Assembly: GCF_006345805.1 (NCBI RefSeq)
Contig: NC_043011.1
Span: 16,814,464 to 16,878,463 of the forward strand
Length of the DNA stretch: 64,000 nt
From: Octopus sinensis
Taxonomy: Eukaryota
Reading direction: 5' to 3'
The notes below the pieces were generated by a model. It saw only the letters and a program-made list of their open reading frames with translations, was not told where the DNA came from and did not search any database. This document shows, one piece after another, positions 1 to 10,203 of the stretch; the first letter of the stretch is position 1, and each line of letters starts with the position of its first letter. Position numbers and translations under genes: made by a program.

Positions 1-624
1 CTATATAAAAAATACTTCATTACCAGTAGTAATTTTACACTGGTACATAGAATTTTTAATTTTAGAGTTACTTGACATAAATTTGATTCTGTTGTAATTG
101 ACTTCAGTACAATAACCTTGATATTAATATTCCTAGGGGGGATGGATGGTATTAGCTAAATTAATGTTGGTATTATTAATTGCATCAATAGTTAACAGGT
201 TAATATTATGTTAAGAGATAATTTGTAAGAGATTTTTTTTGTGTTGGAAAACCAATCCTAACCGTGTGTGAGTTGAAAATAGAGTAATACCTAGAATTCT
301 TTGGAAAATTCCTAATAATAGCTTCACGAAACTGCAAAGGCAGATTAGATTTAATTTATTTCCCGTATGGAATAATTAACCAAATGGTTTTACTATTAGC
401 TACCTTATTTTTAGTGAAACTTTTTTTGAAAGACATAGATTTACCGTGTGGTTTGGAAGCAAAATTCGTACCACAGACCCACACCTGCTCGTATAAGCTT
501 TACTGTAACTAAATTGGCCCTGCAAGCAACCCAACCAGATTAATTTACATCATAAATGAATAACTAGATCAAAAATTTACTCAAATAAGTTAACTACAGA
601 CTGTCAACTATCGAGATAATTAAA

Positions 625-674
<50 letters not shown>

Positions 675-702
675 CCTATCTATCTATCTATCTATCTATC
701 TT

Positions 703-737
<35 letters not shown>
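625..737 (+). repeat. (TATC)n / (GATA)n microsatellite, array 1
   Basis: About 28 TATC units read directly, with two impurities (TACC, TTTC). Not preceded by the retroelement 3' terminus. Confidence 0.98.
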
Positions 738-740
<3 letters not shown>

Positions 741-2595
741 GCGTAAATGGTCATCTATCCAGACCTTTTAACATCATGCGTTCGGTTCGTCAGGGATGCC
801 CCCTCTCATCGCTGCTGTATGTACTGACTCTTGAGCCACTACTGCGGAAACTGGCGACGCTGAGGGGCATCCCACGAGAGCTGGGATGCGGGAGGAGCGT
901 GTCTGCATACGCGGATGACGTCACCGTCATAGTGTCGAGCTACGAGCACATCGAGCTGGTCGGCGAGACACTGAAAGAATACGAAGCGGTAACGGGAGCA
1001 AAAATTAACCGGGAAAAGTCAGTGGGCTTGCGGCTCGGCACCTGGAGAAGCAAGCCCATGCCGTCCAACAGCGTCTCCATCGTGGGACGCTGGACGGACG
1101 GACCGGTTAAATTGCTCGGGGTCTGGTTCGGTCCGGACCTCCAAATGGAGAAGAACTGGGGCGAGATAACGACTAGGGTGGCTACTCTCACCCAGAAATG
1201 GACTGAGAGAAAGCTATCCCTAAAAGGTCGGGCGGAGGTGGCGAACGCGTACATCGCATCCGTCATCGAGTATCGTCTGACCGTCGTGCCTTGTCCCGAC
1301 CCTACCATCACCAAACTGGAACGCATACTCTTCCGCTTCTTGTGGAAGGGAAACGTTCCGATGGTTAGGCGATCCATTTGCTGCCAACACCCGCTAAATG
1401 GAGGGCTGGGCATGCCGTGGTTGATGATGCGCAGACATGCGCTGAGACTGCGACATCTCCGGCGCTTCATAGACAACGGTGAACAGGGGTGGTCGCCTTT
1501 TGTGCGGCGCGCTTTCCCGCAGCTCGTCTCCTTGGACGAACTACAGTCATGGATCAAGCAGAGACCGAGGCTAGGCGAATGGCACCGCGAGTGTCGCGTT
1601 GCTCTCAAGCAACTCTGCCGTCCGGGATCGAACTTGTGCGACTCCATCACAACAAAGGCATTCTATAGAGGATTAGTGGAGGGGAGGTGCGACGACGAAC
1701 TCGGGCAGAGTCTGGGCGTCGACGAGGAACACCTGACCCGCCTGTTCAGGACAACTTTCGGGCCGGGACCTATGAACAATCACCAAAGATCCCTGGCCTG
1801 GCAGTGCTATCGAGAAGCATTACCTGTTCGGGATAAGCTCTACAGACACGGTTCCAGACACACTGGACCGACTTGCCCGAGATGCGGTCAGAGCGACGAA
1901 ACCGTTCTGCACGCACTCGTGCAATGTCCAACCATTTCCGACCTGTGGGCTTATGCCGAACGGCTGCTGTCACGTGTGGGACGAATCCGCCTATCGGCCG
2001 AGTCTATCGTGAGAATTGCTCCGCCCCCTTCCCTCAACCGGGAAGGCAAGGCAGTTTTCATCGTACTGGTGGCCATGGTGAAAGAATGTGTGTGGTGGAC
2101 TCGAGCGAAAGGATTAGAGACAAACACTTACCTCTCTGGCCAATCGCTCATCAACTTTTTCAGGTACCACTTGAAAAGGAAGGTGAGAATGGAGAGGGAA
2201 GTTTTGTCTCGCGAAAGATTCAAAAAAAGATGGGTGAATGTTGCAAAGATGGTGCGTGCTAGTAACGAAACCATTTTGAGCATGATCCTGTAGATCGTAA
2301 AAAAGAAAGAAAGAGAGCATTTTTGACCTCATGTGTTTATTTCCTCCCTGACTGGGGTTCCCGTGGTCTTTTCTGTAGGCTTTTCTTCCCACGGATGAAA
2401 CCAATCTTGTTATATCAATGTTTACACCATTATTTCTGTGATACACGATTTTCTTTTTTTTCCTTTTTTTTCCTCCCCTCGATCCCTTTTTATCGCAATC
2501 TTACATTTTTTACTTTTTTCCACCCTCGAAAAGAAAAGCTCTGCATTTGTATTTGTCCCCTCTGTATTCAGTCCTGTGTGGCTAATAAAAGAAAG

Positions 2596-2596
<1 letters not shown>
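738..2596 (+). mobile_element. Tx1/L1-clade non-LTR retrotransposon copy E1, 5'-truncated inside the RT domain
   Basis: Starts ttcgcgtaaatggtcatctatcc, homologous to the E3 RT region near 11945, directly after the TATC array. Carries the 3' half of ORF2 and a T-rich 3' UTR, and ends ctgtgtggctAATAAAagaaagt|tatc. Confidence 0.93.
776..2293 (+). CDS. E1 ORF2 C-terminal half (RT motifs and C-terminal zinc finger), uninterrupted but 5'-truncated
   Basis: Motifs VRQGCPLS and YADD; KLSLKGRAEVAN; CPRCGQSDETVLHALVQC (CX2CX8HX4C), typical of L1/Tx1 ORF2. Confidence 0.9.
   Translation: MRSVRQGCPLSSLLYVLTLEPLLRKLATLRGIPRELGCGRSVSAYADDVTVIVSSYEHIELVGETLKEYEAVTGAKINREKSVGLRLGTWRSKPMPSNSVSIVGRWTDGPVKLLGVWFGPDLQMEKNWGEITTRVATLTQKWTERKLSLKGRAEVANAYIASVIEYRLTVVPCPDPTITKLERILFRFLWKGNVPMVRRSICCQHPLNGGLGMPWLMMRRHALRLRHLRRFIDNGEQGWSPFVRRAFPQLVSLDELQSWIKQRPRLGEWHRECRVALKQLCRPGSNLCDSITTKAFYRGLVEGRCDDELGQSLGVDEEHLTRLFRTTFGPGPMNNHQRSLAWQCYREALPVRDKLYRHGSRHTGPTCPRCGQSDETVLHALVQCPTISDLWAYAERLLSRVGRIRLSAESIVRIAPPPSLNREGKAVFIVLVAMVKECVWWTRAKGLETNTYLSGQSLINFFRYHLKRKVRMEREVLSRERFKKRWVNVAKMVRASNETILSMIL

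Positions 2597-2643
<47 letters not shown>
2597..2643 (+). repeat. (TATC)n microsatellite, array 2
   Basis: Pure TATC run (11 units plus TAT) between the E1 3' end and the E2 5' end. Confidence 0.98.
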
Positions 2644-2843
2644 TGACGGATGTGATGTCGTTTCAGCTCCGAAGGTAATCATTTATTTTGACTATTTATA
2701 GGCCAATTTTTGTGTAGATTTTTGCAAATAAGGTGTGTAAGGCAACCAACTTTCATTTGAGTGCTTTTCCAAGGGAGGAATTCGCCCCTAGGGGCAGTTT
2801 CGACCCCATTTCATTTCTGTTATTTTCTTCTCGACATTAGAAA

Positions 2844-4715
2844 ATGTCTAGAAATTTTATTGTTGAACGCTGGTCGCGTTCATTTTTGGAACAAAATTTT
2901 CCTAGTCTGGAAACGACAGAAAAAAAAAAGAACGTTCGCACGGAAAATGCCAACGTGAAATTCGGTGAAAGGAACGCTGCAACCACGTGCGTTAACAGCC
3001 CTGTCACCACCGCCACCACCACCACTAACAACAGCAACCACGAGACAACAACTGCTACCACCACCACCTCCACCACCACCACCACCACTACCACGACCAA
3101 CATAAATGATAAAAATAAAACTGAAACGAAAACTATTGACAAAAACAACAGCAACAACAAGAACAACAATAAAAATGAACTATCTAATAGTGAAGATGCT
3201 AATACAAAAAAGTCAACAACAGTAAATTTCGCAGATATTCTTCGCCAGAAAAAGGAGATTGTTACATTCACAAATGAAGAGCTCATAGAAACAAGAGCTC
3301 TCTTTACAACCCGTGGACAAGATTTAGTCCTGCATACACCTCAACATATAAAACAAGAAATGAAAATAAGACAATTGTATATAAAATTATTAGAAAAAAC
3401 AAAAACCAAATGAACAGATTACAAAAACTGATGGAGAAATGTTTAAAAAACATAATGAAAGAAAAAGAGTATATAAACTGGGGTACCCAGTTTAACACAG
3501 TAGTGGTCCGCTTCCCTAACCAGGAAGTGGCAAAAGCTCACTCTACTGAGTCTCTGGGAAATGATGAAATCATCATGGTCCCCTTAATAAAAACCAGAGG
3601 GTGAGTAGAATTACTATCAGAAATGTACCCCCCGATATGCCGAACAAATGGATAACAGGGGCAATCTGTTACCACTTGAAAAAGATCAATATTCTAGAAA
3701 CAGCCGTGTACCTAAACGACAATTGGGGTGGAAAAATTAGTAGTTGTGACCATCCAGATTGAGGGGGCCTCTATCGAGAGCCTACCCGACAAGATATACT
3801 TGGAGAATGGGCAATGCCTATATGTTATGGCAGAAGGCAAAAAGCCTAGATGCTACAAATGTGGCAGCCCCGAACATTTGATTGCCAAGTGCGATCTGGT
3901 ACAGAAAAAACAAGAAAGAACAATTCAGAAAACAAATAAAATCCCTTTGTTGCCAACACCAACACCAACACACTCAATTATGGAACAACGCCAAGAAAAA
4001 CAACAAACCAGCAAACAAACCCCAACAACATCACCAAGAAAAACAGTACCAACACAATTACCGTTGACGTCACAACAATTAAACTTGTTGAATCTTCAAA
4101 AAATCGACCCACACCCACACCCAGGACGACAATTAAAAAGACAGAAAACACTGACGAGAAGACAAATGCTACCCCTAACACCACAACAAACACAAAACAC
4201 CGCACAAAACATCAACAATTTATACAAGCATACATAGTGATCCTGTTCTTTTTCCTCTACCCCATACTGATACCTCGGACGACGAAAGTTCGACGGAATG
4301 GCAAATAGCCACAGGGGGTAAAAGAAAAAGATCCAAAAAATCCACCAAAAAGGAATTAAAGCAGGGAGATATCTCACTCAGGACAACATTCCCTAGACAA
4401 TCAAAAAAGTAATGAACCCGTAAAACCACACACACAACTAACTGCAATAGACACAGACAATAAAGAATAATGGACTACATCAAATCTAACATGGTCGTCT
4501 GTGAAGATGATTTTAAGACAAACAATCATCCGCACACCACACCACCGAAACACATCAGAATTTTACACATAACACAAGCACAACACCACATACTGAAAAC
4601 ATTATTTCCGAATGCGGTAGGCGGGTATCAACGATACCTGTCGAAAAAAACTATAAACACCTCATCAAAAACGATACAAAAGAAGAAGAAGAAAAAAATG
4701 AAACTTTTAAAATGA
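2844..4715 (+). pseudogene. E2 ORF1 (gag-like nucleic-acid chaperone), frameshifted
   Basis: ORF pieces 2844-3413, 3410-3604, 3728-4237 and 4470-4715 are colinear with E3 ORF1. Thr/Asn-rich N-terminus; zinc knuckle CYKCGSPEHLIAKC (CX2CX4HX4C). Confidence 0.85.
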
Positions 4716-4780
4716 GTAAGTGACCTCACTTCTTGCCTCTTGTCTCTTCTAATATAGTGTGTAAAACACAATTTTCGTAA

Positions 4781-7696
4781 ATGTCAAGTATGCTTAAATT
4801 AGGTTGTGTGAATGCGCGTGGCTTGGCGTCGGCTTGGAAGCAAGGTTACCTTCTAAACGACATCAAGTCACTGGACGTGGATATAGTAGCTATCAGTGAA
4901 ACCAGACTCAGTAAGCTTCGGGCCCTCGAGTCCATGTTTGGCAATCAATTTGACATTTATTTTTCTCCCTGTCTGCCGAACATGGGTGGTGGAGGTACTG
5001 CGGTGCTTTTTCGAAAGAGTCTAAAGGTAAAAGTAAGAGCAATATTCCTAGACCCGGAGGGTAGGCTGGTTGTCTTGGACGTGGATGGCAGAAATGGGTG
5101 TGCATTCCGTCTGATGGCAGTTTATGCACCGTCCTTAACGGGTCGGGCGGATTTCTTCAGACGTCTAGAGGTTTTCCTGGGTACGTCTAGACCTTTACTG
5201 TTAGTAGGGGATTGGAACGCTACCTTGGACACGCATCTAGATTATGTGGGAAGGGATAGGAATAGAAGGGAGTGTAAGAGCCTCAAAGACCTGCTCAGAC
5301 GTTTCCATTTGTCTGACAGGTTCCGACTCGACCATCCGAACGTGCCAACGTGGACTTGGACAAACCGCGTCGGATCGTCGAGATCTTATCTAGATAGAAT
5401 TCTATGCAGGACAGCGGATAGGGATAGTGTAGGATGTCCACAATTTAAAGTAGTCAGCTACACAGATCACAAATTGTTACGTGTACGCTCGACTTAGATA
5501 AAACACATAGGCAGGGTCCCGGTTACTGGAAACTGAAACACGTCGCTGTTAGCGCGACAGGTTTACAGGAACGGATTAGCGAGTTAATTAAGAGGGCGCG
5601 GCGAGCGGTCGTTAACAACAGCTGGTGGTACGCCCTGAAAATGGCAATAAAATCGGAATCAATTAGGTTTAGCAAGGAATTAGCGATAGAACGAAATAGA
5701 GTAGAGGGAGACTTAGTTAAGAAACTAGAAGAGGCACTTACCACTGGCAGCGCAACCAACGTGCTAGCTGCGAGGATGGCCCTCGACCAACACCTCAACG
5801 CCAAGCACGAAGGTTGCGTCGTCAGAGCTAAAATGCGTGCCTTAAGGAACGAAGGGATTGAAGCTGCGCGAGAGGCCCGGGTAGCGGAGGCGCAGCGTGG
5901 CAACAGATCAACCATTCGGTCTCTAATAGATCAACAGGGATGCAGTTTACTCGAACCCGAAAGGATGTGTGAGGCCTTTCAACAGCACTTTGCTCGACTG
6001 TTTGGTGCGAGTGGTGGGTCGGAACGAGGGATGGATTTCAGTGCCTACCTGACCGACCTGCCGCGGCTCTCGGCAAGAGAGGCGGAGTGTTGTGAAAGTC
6101 CCATCACAGCCGCTGACGTGTGGGATGCGATGGCGGGCTGCGCGAGGGATAAGTCGCCTGGATTGGATGGTTTACCCTACGAGCTGTATTGTCGAATGCC
6201 AGACTTGTTTGGCGACCTCTTGGCATCAGCCTACTGCAACTGGCAACAAAACGGGAGAATCCCCGGTTTCGTGAGCCGAGGTGCAGTGACGTTGCTGAAG
6301 AAAGACTCAAACAAGGGGAATTTTATAGATAATTTCAGGCCCATCACTCTGCTCAACGCAGATTTGAAAATTTTGGCCAAAGTAATAGCCGAGAGGTTGG
6401 CGCTTGTCATTGGTAAACTGGTCGACAGGGCGCAAACATGCGCCGTGCCGGGCAGAACCATACATGACAACCTCCATCTGATGCGCTACATTGTGGACAG
6501 GGTAGTTAAGGATCCTGGCATGGGTGGGGCGCTGATAAATTTGGATCAGTCTAAATTTGGGTCGACCATTGGTACTTGGCGGCCGTCCTCAGGGCTGCTG
6601 GCTTCGGTCCCGTGTTCCGCGGTTGGATCGCTGCCTTGTATAGCGGCATCCGATCGGTGATTCGGGTGAACGGTCACCTGTCTAAACCGTTTGACATCAC
6701 GCGTTCGGTCCGTCAGGGGTGTCCCCTGTCGGCGCTTCTGTATGTATTGACTCCCGAGCCGCTACTGCGGAAGCTGGCGACACTGAGGGGCATCCCACGG
6801 GAACTGGGTTGCGGGACGAGCGTGTCGGCATATGCGGACGATGTCACCGTCATAGTGTCGAGCTACCAGCACATCGAGCTGGTCGGCGAGACACTAAGAA
6901 AATATGAAACGGTGACGGGAGCAAAGATTAACCCGGAAAAGTCAGTGGGTTTGCTACTCGGCACCTGGAGAAGCAAGCCCATGCCGTCCGACTGCGGCTC
7001 AGTAGTGGGACGCTGGACGGACGGACCGGTTAAATTGCTCGGGGTCTGGTTCAGTCCGGACCTCCAAATGGATAAGAACTGGGACGAGATCACGAGTAGA
7101 GTGGTCGCTCTCAGCCAAACATGGGCCGAGAGAAAGCTGTCTCTAAAAGGCCGGGCGGAGGTGGCGAACGCGTACATCGCATCCGTCATCGATTACCGCC
7201 TGACCGTCGTACCTTGTCCCGACGCCACCATCACCAAACTGGAACGCATACTCTTCCGCTTCCTGTGGAAGGGTGGCGTTCCGATGGTGAGGAAGTCCAT
7301 TTGCTGTCAACATCCGTTGAATGGAGGACTGGGCATGCCGTGGTTGATGATGCGCAGGCATGCGCTGAGACTGCGACATCTCTGGAAATTCATCGACGAC
7401 GGTGAACAGGTGTGGGCGCCGTTTGTGAGGCGCGACTTCCCGCAGCTCGTCTCACTGACCGAACTGCAAACGTGGATCAAAAAGAGACCGAAACTGGGCG
7501 ATTGGCACCGAGAGTGCCGCCAAGCTCTACAGCAGCTCTGCCGACCGGGGTCAAACTTGTGCAACTTCCAAACGACTAAAGCGTTCTATAGAGGACTAGT
7601 GGAGGGGAGGTCCGACGACACACTCGGGGCAAACCTGGGCGTCGACGAGGAATTCCTAACCCGCCTGTTCAGGACGACGTTCGGGCCGGGGCCTAT
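4781..7696 (+). pseudogene. E2 ORF2 (APE endonuclease and reverse transcriptase), frameshifted, C-terminus deleted
   Basis: EN motifs GCVNARGL, ISETRL, AVYAP, VGDWNA, YLDRI, YTDH. RT motifs KSPGLDGLP, FRPITLLN, QGCPLS, YADD. Frameshifts near 5470 and 6555. Confidence 0.92.
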
Positions 7697-7872
7697 TGAT
7701 CAAACGTTTTTTTTTTTGTTTTGTTTTTTTTTTTGTTTTGTTTTTTTTTGTTTTTTTTCTTTTTGTTTTGTTTTTTTCTTGCCCCACCCATCCCATCTCG
7801 AAAAGAAAAATTCTACATTGTATTTCGTCCATTTTTATTCTGTGTTTACCCCTGTGTGGCTACAATAAAAAG

Positions 7873-8190
<318 letters not shown>

Positions 8191-8201
8191 GCCCGCCAGT
8201 C

Positions 8202-10159
8202 ATGCAGAACGGTAGCAAAACAATATTGCTACCACTAGCTGCTAAACATCGCAGCGTGAACACCGCTGTCACCACCATCACCACCACCACCAACAACAAC
8301 AACAACAAAACCATCGCCGCGACCAAAGACATTAACTTAGATTTCCCCTCACTCCCCACACCACTTGTTGATGATAAAGGGACAGAGAAAGGGATTTCAA
8401 AAATGAATACAAACGAAAACATGAATGCCAGCACCACCACCATCACCACCAACAACAACAACAACAACGAAATTGGCACAAAGCCGCCTACCAAAGACAA
8501 CACTGCCAACACCAACACCACTACTACGACGTCAAATGCTACATCCAAGCCTTCTGCTGCTAATACCGCCAACACCAACACCACTACCATGGCTTCAATT
8601 AACACTGCCACAATTAACACTTCTACTGCCAAATTCAAAACGAATTTTGCGGACGTAACAAAACAAAAAAGAACAATTGTAACATTCACCACACAAGAGA
8701 TAAACCGCACAAAGGCACTCTTCTCCAAAGAAGGAGACAAATTGCACCTTCACATTCCACAATACATCGTAGAAAACACACAAAAAACCCCAATAATTTA
8801 TAAAGTAATAAACAAGAAAACAAGAAGAACAGAAAATACACCGCAGGAAAAAATCGAAAAATGCCTTCGTCCTGCATGGGACTCCAAGGAATATATCAGT
8901 TGGGGAAACAAATTTGGTACAGTCCAAGTACGTTTCCTCAACGAAAGTTTAGCAAAACGTTTTTCCACATTGGAGCTGCATTCGGACGACTTGGTAATGA
9001 TACTAGTCTATTTAAACAAAAGGGTCACGAAAGTCCAAATAAAAAACATACCACTTGAAGTCGAAACACAATGGTTGGTCTCTGCCATCTGCTTTGAAAT
9101 GACAGAGACAATGTCAGAGACAAACATCCTTGAAATCGCGGTTCTAGGAGAGAAAGACTATGTGGGCAAATCAATCGAATTCCTGCTTCAATTGGATGAA
9201 GCAGCAAGAGAGAAGATACCCACCGCTATAGAACTGCCAGGAGGCTACAAACTCTATATAGTGGTAGAGGGCAGGCGACCACGCTGCTATTTGTGTGGAA
9301 GCGAAACACACTTGAAAAAGACGTGCCCAACCACTGCACACCAAGAGCAACAACAACAACCACTACCACAACCAAAGCACTCCGGAAAAAAAGCTCTACT
9401 ACCCACACCACCATCAACACAGAAGACGACAAGAGAAGCACACCAAGCTAATCCGTCATCAACCAAAAACCACTCAACACCTGAAAAAATACCAACACCA
9501 CCAACAACAGCAAAACCCAAAGGAACAGAATAACAAAGAAAGCACACACAAACTGATCCCCCATCCCTTATACCGCACTCAACACACACAAACACTCAAC
9601 AACCAACAACAACGAAAACAACAACACAACCACTTACACAGACATACATAGAAGCCCACAACATACCCCTACCCCCTACTGATTCCTCAGAAATTTCGTC
9701 GGAAGACGAAACCAGTGAGGAATGGCAAATAGCTACAAAAAGAAGGAAAATAAAGAGCAGAAACACAACCAAACCAAATGCAAACACGAACAAAGCAGGG
9801 GGAAATACATCTCACGAAGACATTCAAAACCCAACGCAAACAACAGCCACACCAACACCACAAAAATATATACAGCAAACATGCTCACAGCTATAGACAC
9901 CAAAAACACAAATTTGATGGAATACATCCAATCAAAAACAAACATAACAGAAGATGACATAAAAACAAACAATCACCCATACACAACACCACCAGACCAC
10001 ATCAAAATATTACACATCTCCAAAAGTCTGCACCACACACTCAAAGGCATTTTCCCCAGCGCGGTTGGTAAATGCCAAAAATATCTCACAAAGAAACTGT
10101 ACTGGGATCTCCTCGAGGACAAACCAAAGGAGGAGAAAGCAAAAGCTTTCGAGCAGTAA
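8202..10159 (+). pseudogene. E3 ORF1 (gag-like; putative RRM-like region and CCHC knuckle), frameshifted near 9530
   Basis: 443-aa ORF plus downstream in-register pieces. Knuckle CYLCGSETHLKKTC. C-terminal block homologous to E2 ORF1. Confidence 0.85.
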
Positions 10160-10203
10160 GTAACCCTCTGTTCCTTTCACTTGTATTCTAATTCATTAGG
10201 ACT

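Noticed and set aside
1-512. AT-rich start resembling mitochondrial DNA, with a 75-codon open frame at 288-512
   Set aside because: No recognisable mitochondrial gene motif in any frame; more likely decayed TE sequence.
940-7564. Antisense ORFs over the Tx1 ORF2 regions (e.g. 940-1650, 6863-7189, 12186-12473)
   Set aside because: Shadow ORFs of GC-rich coding sequence; they recur only because the sense strand is conserved.
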